DNA from: the human T2T-CHM13v2.0 reference genome, Homo sapiens
Assembly (NCBI RefSeq): GCF_009914755.1
Contig: NC_060940.1
Length of the DNA: 64,000 nucleotides
Strand: one strand, 5' to 3'
Part shown: one piece after another, positions 45,701 to 61,600 of the stretch
Position numbering within the stretch: the first letter of the stretch is position 1
How the letters are laid out: each line of letters starts with the position of its first letter
Notes under the pieces: model-generated
Database searches by the model: none
Seen by the model: the letters and a program-made list of their open reading frames with translations, nothing else
Told to the model about the DNA's origin: nothing
Position numbers and translations under genes: made by a program

Positions 45701-47687
45701 GATGATTCCATTGGATTCCATTCGATGATGATTCCATTCAAATCCATTCGATAATTCAATTCAAGTCCATTCGATGATGATTCCAATCGAATCCATTCAA
45801 ATATTCCATTCAGTTCCATTCGATGATTCCCTTAGATTCCATTCGATGATTCCACTTGATTCCATTTACGATGATTCCATTCGATTCCATGTGATGATTC
45901 CATTCAATTCTATTCAATGATGTTTCCATTTGATTCCATTCGACCATGATTGCCTTTGATTCCATTCAATGATTCCATTCGGTTCCTTTTGATGATGATT
46001 CCATTCGATTCCATTTGATGATTCCATTTGATTCCATTGGATGAGTCCATTCGATTACATTCGATGATTGTTCCATTCGAGAGCATTAGATGATTCCATT
46101 CGAGTCCATTCGATGATTCCATTCGATTCCATTCGATGTTGATTCTGTTCAAATCCATTCGATGATTCCACTCGATTCCATTCGATGACTCCATTTGATC
46201 CCATTTGATGATTTCCTTTGATTCCCTTTGGTGATCATTCCATTTGATTCAATTCGGTGATTTCATTGGATTCCATTCAGTGATGTTTCCATTCGACTCC
46301 ATTCGATGATGATTCCATTCGACTCCATTCGATTATGATTTCATTCAATTCCATTTGATAATGATTCCCTTCGAGTCCATTCGATGATTCCATTCGATTC
46401 CATTCAACGATGATTTGATTCGTGTCCATTCGATGATTCCATTTGATTCCACTTGATGATGATTCCATTCGAGTCCATTTGATGATTCCATTCAATTCCA
46501 TTCTCCGATGATTTCTTTTGAGCCCACTCAATGCTTCCACTCGATTCCATATGATGATGACTCCATTCGATGAAATTCGATGATGATTCCATTCGCTTGC
46601 TTTCAATGATGATTCCACTTGAGTCCGTTAGAAGATTCTATTCAATTACATTCCATGACGATTCCGTTCGAGTCCATTTGATGATTCCATTAGACTCCAT
46701 TCGACGATGATTCCATTCGATGTTATTCGATGATTCCATTCGATCTCATTCGATGATGATTCCATTCAACTCTTTTCGATGTATCTATTCGAGTTCATTC
46801 TATTATTCCATTAGATTCAATTCGATGATGATTCCATTCGATTCCATTTCATGATTGCATTCTATTTCATTTGATGATGATTCCATTCTAGTCCACTCGA
46901 TGATTCCATTCGAGTCCATTTATTGAATCCATTGGTTTCAATTCTATGATGATTACCTTGGATTCCATTCGTTGATGATTTCATTTGGCTCCATTCAATG
47001 ATGATTCTATTCAATTCCTTTCAATGTTTCCATTCAATTCCATACGATGATGATTCCATTTGATTTGATTCGACAGTGAGCCATTCGATTCAATTCCATG
47101 ATGATTCTATTTGATTCAATTGGTTGACATTTCCATTCGATTCCATTCGATGATGATTCCCTTTGATTCCAAAGATGATTCCATTCTAGCCCATTCAATC
47201 ATTCCATTCGATTCTATTCAATGATGATTCCATTCATGTCAATTTGGTGATTCCATTTGACTTCATTTGATGATGATTCCTTTCAAGTTCATTAGATGAT
47301 TCCATTCGATTCCATTTGATGATGATCCCATTCGAGTCCATTCAGTGATTCCATTCGTTTCCATTCCATGATGATTCCATTCCATTCCATTCAATGATTC
47401 CATTCGATTCCGTTTGATGATGATTTCATTCGAGTCCATTTGATGATTCCATTTGATTCCATTCGATGATGACTCCATTCGAGTCCATTCGATGATTCTA
47501 TTCGAATCCATTTGATGATTTCTTTTGATTATAGTTGGTGATGATTCCATTGGAGTCCATTCAATGATTCCATTCGATTCCAATCGATGGTGATTCCATT
47601 AGAGTCCATTTAATGATTCCATTTGATTCCAGTCTCTGATGATTACATTCGAGTCCATACGATGATTCCACTCAATTCCATATCATG
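42729..47687 (+). repeat. HSat2 deletion-variant unit U8 (4959 bp; -1, -1148, -4)
   Basis: Offsets step 42728->42727->41579->41575: 1-bp loss at ~43574, 1148-bp deletion junction at 43767-43785, 4-bp loss at ~47170. 6112-1153=4959. Confidence 0.93.
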
Positions 47688-50600
47688 ATGATTCCATTCG
47701 ATTCCATTCGATGATTCCATTCTATTCTATTCAATGGTGATTCCATTCGAGTACATTAGATGATTCCATTCGTTTCCATTCAATGATGATTCTATTTGTG
47801 TCCCTTAGATGATTCCACATGATTCCATTAGATGATGATACTATTTGAGCCCATCCAATGATTCCCTTCGATTCCATTCGATGAGGATTCCATTCGATTC
47901 AATTCATTGGTGATTCTATTCAATTCAATTCTTTGATTCCATTCCATTCCATTCGACAATGATTCCATTCGATTTCTTTAGATGATTCCACTCGATTCCA
48001 CTTGACATTGATTCCATTCGATTCCATTCAATGATTCCATTTGATTCCAGTGGATGATGATTGCCATCGATTCCGTTCGATCACTCCATTCTATTCCATT
48101 TGATGATGATTACATTCGATTCCATTTGATGATTCCATCTGATTCTATTCGAGGATTCCATTTGATTCCATTCGATGATGATTCCATTCGAGTGCATTCG
48201 ATGATTTCATTCGAGTACATCCAATGATTCCATTCGAGTCCATTTGATGATTCCATTTGATTCCATTTGATTATGATTCTACTAGATTCCATTCAATGAC
48301 TCCATTCGAGTCCATTCAACAATTCCATTCGAGTCCATTCGATGATTCCATTCGATTCCATTTGATGATTCCATTCGAGTCCATTTAATCATTACAGTCG
48401 AGTCCATTTGGTGATTCCACTGGATTTCTTTTGATAATCATACCATTCAATTACATTTGATGATGATCCCATTCAATTTCATTTGATGATGATTCCATTA
48501 GAGTCCATTCGATGATTTCATTCGAGTCCCTTCATTGATTCCATCCGATTTCATTGGATGATGACTCCATTCGAGTCCATTCGATGATTCTACTCGATTC
48601 CATTAGATGATTCCATTGGAGTCCATTTGATTGTTCCATTCGATTCCATTCGATTCCTTTCGAAGATTATTCCATTTGAGTCCATTCGATGATGATTCCA
48701 TTCCATTCCATTCGATGATTCCTTTTGATTCCATTCAATTATTCCCTTCGATTCCTTTCTTTGATGATTCCATTCCATTCCATTCAATGATTCCATTCGA
48801 ATCTATTCCATGATGATTCCTTTCGATTCCATTCGCTGATGTTTCCGTTCAATTCCATTCGATGCTCATTCCATTCGATTCCATTCATCGAGGATTCCAT
48901 TTAATTCCATTCAATGATGATTCCATTCTATTCCATTCAATGATTGCATTCAATTCCATTCAATGATTATCCCATTAGAGTAAACTCAACGATTCCATTC
49001 AATACCATTCGATGATGATTCCTTTTGAGTCCATTCAATGATTTCATTCAAGTCCATTTGATGATTCCTTTCAATTCCATTCTATGATGATTCCATTCGA
49101 GTCCATTCGATGATTCCATTCGATTGCATTCGATGATTCCATTATATTCCATTCAATGATGATTCCATTCGAGTCCATTCGATGATTCCATTAGAGTACA
49201 TTTAATGATTGCTTTGTTTTCAATTCGAAGATGATTACATTGGATTCCATTCTATGATACCATTCGATTCCATTCAATGATGATTCCACTCAAATCCATT
49301 GGATGATTCCATTCGTGTCCATTCGGTGATTTCATTAGATTCCATTCGAGGATGATTCCATTCGATTCCATTCGATGATTCCATTCAATTCCATTCGATG
49401 ATGATTCCATTCCAGTCCATATGATCATTCCATTTGATTTCATTCGATGATGATTCCATTCGATTCCATTCGACGATTCCATTCTCTTCCATTCGATGAT
49501 GATTCCATTCGAGTCCATTCGATGATTCCATTCGAGTCCATTTAATGATTCCATTGGGTTCAATTCAATGATGATTACATTGGATTCCGTTCTATGATTC
49601 CATTCAATTCCGTTCATTGACAATTTGATTCCATTCGATGATGATTCCATTTGAGTTCATTCGATGATTCTATTCGATTCTCTTCGATGGTGATTCAATT
49701 CTATTATATTGGATGATTCCATTCGATTCCATTTGATGTTGATTCAATTCGATTCTGTTCGATGATGATTCCATTGGATTTCACTTGATGATTCTATTCG
49801 ATTCCATTCAATGATGATTCACTTCTCGTCCATTGGATGATTCCATTTCATTCCATTCGATGATGATTCCATTCGATTCCATTCGATGATTCCATTTGAT
49901 TCCATTCGACGGTGAGCAATTCGATTCAATTCCATGATGATTCTATTTGATTCAGTTAGATGATGTTTCCATTCGAATCCATTCCATGATTATTCCATTG
50001 GAATCCATTCGGCGATGATTCCATATGAGTCAATTCAATGATGATTCCATATGGGTCCGTTCGATGATAATTCCATTTGATTTCATTCAATGCTTCTATT
50101 CTATTCCAGTCGATGATGATTCCGTTGGAGTCCATACGATGATTCCATTTGATTTCATTTGATGATGATTCCATTCGATGATGATTACATTGGATTCCAT
50201 TCTATGATTCCATTCAATTCCATTCGTTGATGATTCGATTCCATTCAATGATGATTCCATTTGAGTTCATTCGATGATTCTATTCGATTCCGTTCGATGG
50301 TGATTCAATTCTATTATATTGGATAATTCCACTCGATTCCATTTGATGATTATTCCATTGGAGTCCACTTAGCAAATCCTTTAGATTCTACTCGAAGATG
50401 ATTCCATTCGAGTCCATTCGATGATACCATTCAATTCCATTCGTTGATGCTTCCATTCAAGTGCATTCGATGATATCATTCGATTCCATTTGATGATAAT
50501 TCCATTTGATTCCATGCGATGATTCTATTCGATTCCATTCAATGATAATTCCATTCAATTCAGTGATTCCTCTGGACTCCATTTGATGATGATTCCATTC

Positions 50601-53600
50601 AATGATTCCATTCGATTCTATTCGAAAATGATTCCATTTGAATCCATTTGATGATGATTCCATTAGATTCCATTTGATGATTCCATTCAATTCCATTCGA
50701 CGATGATTCCATTCGATTCCGTTTGATGATTCCATTCTATTCTATTCTATGATGATTCCATTCAATTCCATTTGATGATGATTGCATTCGATTCCATTGG
50801 ATGATTTCATTTGATTCCATTCGTTAATGATTTCGATCAATTCCATTCGATGATTCCATTCGATTCCATTCGATAATGATTACATCCGAGTCCATTCGAT
50901 GATTCCATTTGAGCCTGTTCGATAATTCCATTTGAGTCCAATCAATGATTCCATTCATTTCCATTCAATGATTCCATTCGAGTCCATTTGATCATTCCGG
51001 TAGGGTCCATTCGATGTTGATTCCATTGGAGTACATTCGATGATTCCATTCGAGTCCATTTTACGATTTGATTCGAGTCCTTTCGATGATTCCATTCGAT
51101 TCCACTCGATGATGATTTCATTCGAGTCCATTCGACACTTCAAATCGATTCCATTTGATGTTTCCATTCGAGTATAATTGATGATTCCATTCAATTCCAT
51201 TCGATGATGATTCCGTACGATTCCATTCTGTGATGATTCCATGTGATTGCATTCAATGATGATTCCTTTCGATTGCATTCGATTATGATTCATTTCGTGT
51301 TCATTCTATGGTTCCACAGGTTTCCATTCGTGTCCATTCCATTATTCCATTTTATTCCATTTGATGATGATTCCATTCGATTCCATTCATTGGTGATTCC
51401 ACTCAATTCCATTCAATGATTCCATTCCATTTCTTTCAACAATGATTCCATTACTTTCTAATCGATGATCCACTTGATTCCATTTGACGACGATTCCATT
51501 CTTGTCCATTAGATGATTCCATTTGATTCCATATGATGATGATTCCATTCGATTCCATACGATGATGATTCCATTCGAGTCCATTCAATGGTGATTCCAT
51601 TCAATTCCATTCGGTGATTCCTTTCGATTCCATTCGATGATGATGGCATTCGATTCCTTTCAATCATTCCCTTTGATTGCATTCAAAGGTGATTTCATTC
51701 AAGTCCATTTGATAATTGCATTCGATTCCATTCTATGATGATTCCATTCGAGTCCATTTGATGATTCCATTCAATTCAAGTCAATGATGATTCCATTCGA
51801 TTCCATTCGATGATTCCATTGGATTCCATTCGATGATGATTCCATTCAAATCCATTCGATAATTCAATTCAAGTCCATTCGATGATGATTCCAATCGAAT
51901 CCATTCAAAGATTCCATTCAGTTCCATTCGATGATTCCCTTAGATTCCATTCGATGATTCCACTTGATTCCATTTACGATGATTCCATTCGATTCCATGT
52001 GATGATTCCATTCAATTCTATTCAATGATGTTTCCATTTGATTCCATTCGACCATGATTGCCTTTGATTCCATTCAATGATTCCATTCGGTTCCTTTTGA
52101 TGATGATTCCATTCGATTCCATTTGATGATTCCATTTGATTCCATTGGATGAGTCCATTCGATTACATTCGATGATGATTCCATTCGAGTGCATTAGATG
52201 ATTCCACTCGAGTCCATTCGATGATTCCATTCAATTCCATTCGATGTTGATTCTGTTCAAATCCATTCGATGATTCCACTCGATTCCATTCGATGACTCC
52301 ATTTGATCCCATTCGATGATTTCCTTTGATTCCCTTTGATGATCATTCCATTTGATTCAATTCGGTGATTTCGTTTGATTCCATTCAGTGATGTTTCCAT
52401 TCGACTCCATTCGATGATGATTCCATTCGACTCCATTCGATTATGATTTCATTCAATTCCATTCGATAATGATTCCCTTCGAGTCCATTCGATGATTCCA
52501 TTCGATTCCATTCAACGATGATTTGATTCGTGTCCATTCGATGATTCCATTTGATTCCACTTGATGATGATTCCATTCGAGTCCATTTGATGATTCCATT
52601 CAATTCCATCCTCCGATGATTTCTTTTGAGCCCACTCAATGCTTCCACTCGATTCCATATGATGATGACTCCATTCGATGAAATTCGATGATGATTCCAT
52701 TCGCTTGCTTTCAATGATGATTCCACTTGAGTCCGTTAGAAGATTCTATTCAATTACATTCCATGACGATTCTGTTCGAGTCCATTTGATGATTCCATTA
52801 GACTCCATTCGACGATGATTCCATTCGATGTTATTCGATGATTCCATTCGATCTCATTCGTTGATGATTCCATTCAACTCTTTTCGATGTATCCATTCGA
52901 GTTCATTCTATTATTCCATTAGATTCAATTCGATGATGATTCCATTCGATTCCATTTGATGATTGCATTCTATTTCATTTGATGATGATTCCATTCGAGT
53001 CCACTCGATGATTCCATTCGAGTCCATTTAATGAATCCATTGGTTTCAATTCTATGATGATTACATTGGATTACATTCGTTGATGATTTCATTCGGCTCC
53101 ATTCAATGATGATTCTATTCAATTCCTTTCAATGTTTCCATTCAATTCCATACGATGATGATTCCATTTGATTTGATTCGACAGTGAGCCATTCGATTCA
53201 ATTCCATGATGATTCTATTTTATTCAATTGGTTGACATTTCCATTCGATTCCATTCGATGATGATTCCATTTGATACCATTCAAAGATGATTCCATTCTA
53301 GCGCATTCAATCATTCCATTCGATTCTATTCAATGATGATTCCATTCATGTCGATTTGGTGATTCCATTTGACTCCATTTGATGATGATTCCTTTCAAGT
53401 TCATTAGATGATTCCATTCGATTCCATTTGATGATGACCCCATTCGAGTCCATTCAGTGATTCCATTCGTTTCCATTCCATGATGATTCCATTCCATTCC
53501 ATTCAATGATTCCATTCGATTCCGTTTGATGATGATTTCATTCGAGTCCATTTGATGATTCCATTTGATTCCATTCGATGATGACTCCATTCGAGTCCAT

Positions 53601-53799
53601 TCGATGATTCTATTCGAATCCATTTGATGATTTCTTTTGATTATAGTTGGTGATGATTCCATTGGAGTCCATTCAATGATTCCATTCGATTCCAATCGAT
53701 GGTGATTCCATTAGAGTCCATTTAATGATTCCATTTGATTCCAGTCTCTGATGATTACATTCGAGTCCATGCGATGATTCCACTCAATTCCATATCATG
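47688..53799 (+). repeat. HSat2 unit U9 (6112 bp)
   Basis: Constant offset 47687 (1565->49252, 2770->50457, 4698->52385). Confidence 0.93.
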
Positions 53800-56700
53800 A
53801 TGATTCCATTCGATTCCATTCGATGATTCCATTCTATTCTATTCAATGGTGATTCCATTCGAGTACATTAGATGATTCCATTCGATTCCATTCAATGATG
53901 ATTCTATTTGTGTCCCTTAGATGATTCCACATGATTCCATTAGATGATGATACTATTTGAGCCCATCCAATGATTCCCTTCGATTCCATTCGATGAGGAT
54001 TCCATTCGATTCAATTCATTGGTGATTCTATTCAATTCAATTCTTTGATTCCATTCCATTCCATTCGACAATGATTCCATTCGATTTCTTTCGATGATTC
54101 CACTCGATTCCACTTGACATTGATTCCATTCGATTCCATTCATTGATTCCATTTGATTCCAGTGGGTGATGATTGCCATCGATTCCATTCGATCACTCCA
54201 TTCTATTCCATTTGATGATGATTACATTCGATTCCATTTGATGATTCCATCTGATTCTATTCCAGGATTCAATTTGATTCCATTCGATGATGATTCCATT
54301 CGAGTACATTCGATGATTTCATTCGAGTACATCCAATGATTCCATTCGAGTCCATTTGATGATTCCATTTGATTCCATTTGATTATGATTCTACTAGAGT
54401 CCATTCAATGACTCCATTCGAATCCATTCAACAATTCCATTCGACTCCATTCGATGATTCCATTCGATTCCATTTGATGATTCCATTGGGTTCAATTCAA
54501 TGATGATTACATTGGATTCCGTTCTATGATTCCATTCAATTCCGTTCATTGACAATTTGATTCCATTCGATGATGATTCCATTTGAGTTCATTCGATGAT
54601 TCTATTCGATTCTCTTCGATGGTGATTCAATTCTATTATATTAGATGATTCCATTCGATTCCATTTGATGTTGATTCAATTCGATTCTATTCGATGATGA
54701 TTCCATTGGATTTCACTTGATGATTCTATTCGATTCCATTCAATGATGATTCACTTCTCGTCCATTGGATGATTCCATTTCATTCCATTCGATGATGATT
54801 CCATTCGATTCCATTCGATGATTCCATTTGATTCCATGCGACGGTTAGCAATTCGATTCAATTCCATGATGATTCTATTTGATTCAATTAGATGATGTTT
54901 CCATTCGAATCCATTCCATGATTATTCCATTGGAATCCATTCGGCGATGATTCCATATGAGTCAATTCAATGATGATTCCATATGGGTCCGTTCGATGAT
55001 AATTCCATTTGATTTCATTCGATGCTTCTATTCAATTCCAGTCGATGATGATTCCGTTGGAGTCCATACGATGATTCCATTTGATTTCATTTCATGATGA
55101 TTCCATTCGATGATGATTACATTGGATTCCATTCTATGATTCCATTCAATTCCATTCGTTGATGATTCGATTCCATTCAATGATGATTCCATTTGAGTTC
55201 ATTCGGTGATTCTATTCGATTCCATTCTATGGTGATTCAATTCTCTTATATTGGATGATTCGACTCGATTCCATTTGATGATTATTCCATTGGAGTCCAC
55301 TTAGTGAATCCTTTAGATTCTACTCGAAGATGATTCCATTCGAGTCCATTCGATGATACCATTCAATTCCATTCGTTGATGCTTCCATTCAAGTGCATTC
55401 GATGATATCATTCGATTCCATTTGAGGATAATTCCATTTGATTCCATGCGATGATTCTATTCGATTCCATTCAATGATAATTCCATTCAATTCAGTGATT
55501 CCTCTGGACTCCATTTGATGATGATTCCATTCAATGATTCCATTCGATTCTATTCGAAAATGATTACATTTGAATCCATTTGATGACGATTCCATTCCAT
55601 TCCATTTGATGATTCCATACTATTCTATTCGATGATGATTCCATTCGATTCCATTCGATGATGATTGGATTCGATTCCATTTGATGATTTCATTTGATTC
55701 CATTCGTTAATGATTTCGATCAATTCCATTCGATGATTCCATTCGATTCCATTCGATAATGATTACATCCGAGTCCATTCGATGATTCCATTTGAGCCTG
55801 TTTGATAATTCCATTTGAGTCCAACCAATGATTCCATTCATTTCCATTCAATGATTCCATTCGAGTCCATTTGATCATTCCGGTAGGGTCCATTCGATGT
55901 TGATTCCATTGGAGTGCATTCGATGATTCCATTCGAGTCCATTTTAGGATTTGATTCGAGTCCTTTCGATGATTCCATTCGATTCCACTCGATGATGATT
56001 TCATTCGAGTCCATTCGACACTTCCAATCGATTCCATTTGATGATTCCATTCGAGTCCAATTGATGATTCCATTCAATTCCATTCGATGATGATTCCGTA
56101 CGATTCCATTCTGTGATGATTCCATGTGATTGCATTCAATGATGATTCCTTTCGATTGCATTCGATTATGATTCATTTCGTGTTCATTCTATGGTTCCAC
56201 AGGTTTCCATTCGTGTCCATTCCATTATTCCATTCTATTCCATTTGATGATGATTCCATTCGATTCCATTCATTGGTGATTCCACTCAATTCCATTCAAT
56301 GATTCCATTCCATTTCTTTCAACAATGATTCCATTAGTTTCTAATCGAGGATCCACTTGATTCCATTTGACGACGATTCCATTCTTGTCCATTCGATGAT
56401 TCCATTTGATTCCATATGATGATGATTCCATTCGATTCCATACCATGATGATTCCATTCGAGTCCATTCAATGGTGATTCCATTCAATTCCATTCGATGA
56501 TTCCTTTCTATTCCATTCGATGATGATGGCATTCGATTCCTTTCAATCATTCCCTTTGATTCCATTCAAAGGTGATTTCATTCAAGTCCATTCGATAATT
56601 GCATTCGATTCCATTCTATGATGATTCCATTCGAGTCCATTTGATGATTCCATTCAATTCAAGTCAATGATGATTCCATTCGATTCCATTCGATGATTCC

Positions 56701-58681
56701 ATTGGATTCCATTCGATGATGATTCCATTCACATCCATTCGATAATTCAATTCAAGTCCATTCGATGATGATTCCAATCGAATCCATTCAAAGATTCCAT
56801 TCAGTTCCATTCGATGATTCCCTTGGATTCCATTCGAGGATTCCACTTGATTGCATTTACGATGATTCCATTCGATTCCATGTGATGATTCCATTCAATT
56901 CTATTCAATGCTTTTTCCATTTGATTCCATTCGACCATGATTGCCTTTGATTCCATTCAATGATTCCATTCGGTTCCGTTTGATGATGATTCCGTTCGAT
57001 TCCATTTGATGATTCCATTGGATTCCATTGGATGAGTCCATTCGATTACATTCGATGATTATTCCATTCGAGTGCATTAGATGATTCCATTCGAGTCCAT
57101 TCGATGATTCCATTCGATTCCATTCGATGTTGATTCTGTTCAAATCCATTCGATGATTCCACTCGATTCCATTCGTTGACTCCATTTGATCCCATTCGAT
57201 GATTTCCTTTGATTCCCTTTGATGATCATTCCATTTGATTCAATTCGGTGATTTCATTTGATTCCATTCAGTGATGTTTCCATTCGACTCCATTCGATGA
57301 TGATTCCATTCGACTCCATTCGATTATGATTTCATTCAATTCCATTCGATAATGATTCCCTTCGAGTCCATTCGATGATTCCATTCGATTCCATTCAACG
57401 ATGATTTGATTCGTGTCCATTCGATGATTCCATTTGATTCCACTTGATGATGATTCCATTCGAGTCCATTTGATGATTCCATTCAATTCCATACTCCGAT
57501 GATTTCTTTTGAGCCCACTCAATGCTTCCACTCGATTCCATATGATGATGACTCCATTCGATGAAATTCGATGATGATTCCATTCGCTTGCTTTCGATGA
57601 TGATTCCACTTGAGTCCGTTAGAAGATTCTATTCAATTACATTCCATGACGATTCCGTTCGAGTCCATTTGATGATTCCATTAGACTCCATTCGACGATG
57701 ATTCCATTCGATGTTATTCGATGATTCCATTCGATCTCATTCGATGATGATTCCATTAAACTCCATTCGATGTTTCCATTCGAGTTCATTCTATTATTCC
57801 ATTAGATTCCATTCGATGATGATTCCATTCGATTCCATTTGATGATTGCATTCTATTTCATTTGATGATGATTCCATTCGAGTCCACTCGATGATTCCAT
57901 TCGAGTCCATTTAATGAATCCATTGGTTTCAATTCTATGATGATTACATTGGATTCCATTCGTTGATGATTTCATTCGGTTCCATTCAATGATGATTCCA
58001 TTCAATTCCTTTCAATGTTTCCATTCAATTCCATACGATGATGATTCCATTTGATTTGATTCGACAGTGAGCCATTCGATTCAATTTCATGATGATTCTA
58101 TTTATTCAATTGGTTGACATTTCCATTCGATTCCATTCGATGATGATTCCCTTTGATTCCATTCAAAGATGATTCCATTCTAGCCCATTCAATCATTCCA
58201 TTCGATTCTATTCAATGATGATTCCATTCATGTCGATTTGGTGATTCCATTTGACTTCATTTGATGATGATTCCTTTCAAGTTCATTAGATGATTCCATT
58301 CGATTCCATTTGATGATGATCCCATTCGAGTCCATTCAGTGATTCCACTCGTTTCCATTCCATGATGATTCCATTCCATTCCATTCAATGATTCCATTCG
58401 ATTCCGATGGATGATGATTTCATTCGAGTCCATTTGATGATTCCATTTGATTCCATTCGATGATGATTCCATTCGAGTCCATTCGATGATTCTATTCGAA
58501 TCCATTTGATGATTTCTTTTGATTATAGTTGGTGATGATTCCATTGGAGTCCATTCAATGATTCCATTCGATTCCAATCGATGGTGATTCCATTAGAGTC
58601 CATTTAATGATTCCATTTGATTCCAGTCTCTGATGATTACATTCGAGTCCATACGATGATTCCACTCAATTCCATATGATG
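53800..58681 (+). repeat. HSat2 deletion-variant unit U10 (4882 bp; -1180, -49, -1)
   Basis: Offsets step 53799->52619->52570->52569: 1180-bp deletion junction at 54477-54487, 49-bp loss near 55608, 1-bp loss near 58103. 6112-1230=4882. Confidence 0.93.
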
Positions 58682-61600
58682 ATGATTCCATTCGATTCCA
58701 TTCGGTGATTCCATTCTATTCTATTCAGTGGTGATTCCATTCGAGTACATTAGATGATTCCATTCGATTCCATTCAATGATGATTCTATTTGTGTCCCTT
58801 AGATGATTCCACATGATTCCATTAGATGATGATACTATTTGAGCCCATCCAATGATTCCCTTCGATTCCATTCGATGAGGATTCCATTCGATTCAATTCA
58901 TTGGTGATTCTATTCAATTTAATTCTTTGATTCCATTCCATTCCATTCGACAATGATTCCATTCGATTTCTTTCGATGATTCCACTCGATTCCACTTGAT
59001 ATTGATTCCCTTCGATTCCATTCAATGATTCCATTTGATTCCAGTGGATGATGATTGCCATCGATTCCATTCGATCACTCCATTCTATTCCATTTGATGA
59101 TGATTACATTCGATTCCATTTGACGATTCCATCTGATTCTATTCGAGGATTCCATTTGATTCCATTCGATGATGATTCCATTCGAGTCCATTCGATGATT
59201 TCATTCGAGTACATCCAATGATTCCATTCGAGTCCATTTGATGATTCCATTTGATTCCATTTGATTATGATTCTACTAGAGTCCATTCAATGACTCCATT
59301 CGAGTCCATTCAACAATTCCATTCGACTCCATTCGATGATTCCATTCGATTCCATTTGATGATTCCATTCGAGTCCATTTAATCATTACAGTCGAGTCCA
59401 TTTGGTGATTCCGCTGGATTTCCTTTGATAATGATACCATTCAATTACATTTGATGATGATCCCATTCAATTTCATTTGATGATGATTCCATTAGAGTCC
59501 ATTCGATGATTTTATTCGAGTCCCTTCATTGATTCCATCCGATTTCATTGGATGATGACTCCATTCGAGTCCATTCGATGATTCCACTCGATTCCATTAG
59601 ATGATTCCATTGGAGTCCATTTGATTGTTCCATTCGATTCCATTCGATTCCTTTCGAAGATTATTCCATTTGAGTCCATTCGATGATGATTCCATTCCAT
59701 TCCATTCGATGATTCCGTTTGATTCCATTCGATGATTCCCTTCGATTCCTTTCTTTGATGATTCCATTCCATTCCATTCAATGATTCCATTCGAATCTAT
59801 TCCATGATGATTCCTTTCGATTCCATTCGCTGATGTTTCCGTTCAATTCCATTCGATGATGATTCCATTCGATTCCATTCATTGAGGATTCCATTTGATT
59901 CCATTCAATGATGATTCCATTCTATTCCATTCAATGATTGCATTCAATTCCATTCAATGATTATCCCATTAGAGTAAACTCAACGATTCCATTCAATACC
60001 ATTCGATGATGATTCCTTTTGAGTCCATTCAATGATTTCATTCAAGTCCATTTGATGATTCCTTTCAATTCCATTCTATGATGATTCCATTCGAGTCCAT
60101 TCGATGATTCCATTCGATTGCATTCGATGATTCCATTATATTCCATTCAACGATGATTCCATTCGAGTCCATTCGATGATTCCATTAGAGTACATTTAAT
60201 GATTGCTTTGTTTTCAATTCGAAGATGATTACATTCGATTCCATTCTATGATACCATTCGTTTCCATTCAATGATGACTCCACTCAAATCCATTGGATGA
60301 TTCCATTCGTGTCCATTCGGTGATTTCATTAGATTCCATTCGAGGATGATTCCATTCGATTCCATTCGATGATTCCATTCAATTCCATTCGATGATGATT
60401 CCATTCGAGTCCATATGATCATTCCATTTGATTTCATTCGATGATGATTCCATTCGATTCCATTCGACGATTCCATTCTATTCCATTCGATGATGATTCC
60501 ATTCGAGTCCATTCGATGATTCCATTCGAGTCCATTTAATGATTCCATTGGGTTCAATTCAATGATGATTACATTGGATTCCGTTCTATGATTCCATTCA
60601 ATTCCGTTCATTGACAATTTGATTCCATTCGATGATGATTCCATTTGAGTTCATTCGATGATTCTATTCGATTCTCTTCGATGGTGATTCAATTCTATTA
60701 TATTGGATGATTCCATTCGATTCCATTTGATGTTGATTCAATTCGATTCTATTCGATGATGATTCCATTGGATTTCACTTGATGATTCTATTCGATTCCA
60801 TTCAATGATGATTCACTTCTCGTCCATTGGATGATTCCATTTCATTCCATTCGATGATGATTCCATTCGATTCCATTCGATGATTCCATTTGATTCCATG
60901 CGACGGTGAGCAATTCGATTCAATTCCATGATGATTCTATTTGATTCAATTAGATGATGTTTCCATTCGAATCCATTCCATGATTATTCCATTGGAATCC
61001 ATTCGGCGATGATTCCATATGAGTCAATTCAATGATGATTCCATATGGGTCCGTTCGATGATAATTCCATTTGATTTCATTCGATGCTTCTATTCAATTC
61101 CAGTCGATGATGATTCCGTTGGAGTCCATACGATGATTCCATTTGATTTCATTTCATGATGATTCCATTCGGTGACGATTACATTGGATTCCATTCTATG
61201 ATTCCATTCAATTCCATTCGTTGATGATTCGATTCCATTCAATGATGATTCCATTTGAGTTCATTCGGTGATTCTATTCGATTCCATTCTATGGTGATTC
61301 AATTCTCTTATATTGGATGATTCGACTCGATTCCATTTGATGATTATTCCATTGGAGTCCACTTAGTGAATCCTTTAGATTCTACTCGAAGATGATTCCA
61401 TTCGAGTCCATTCGATGATACCATTCAATTCCATTCGTTGATGCTTCCATTCAAGTGCATTCGATGATATCATTCGATTCCATTTGATGATAATTCCATT
61501 TGATTCCATGCGATGATTCTATTCGATTCCATTCAATGATAATTCCATTCAATTCAGTGATTCCTCTGGACTCCATTTGATGATGATTCCATTCAATGAT

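Noticed and set aside
54394-54582. Apparently novel fusion ORFs (also 43591-43827)
   Set aside because: They simply read across the two deletion junctions; useful as breakpoint markers, not as genes.
48631-56950. Two plus-strand ORFs (48631-48813, 56765-56950)
   Set aside because: Barely 60 aa, each present in only one unit through chance loss of a TGA; satellite-derived FHSIPFD repeats.
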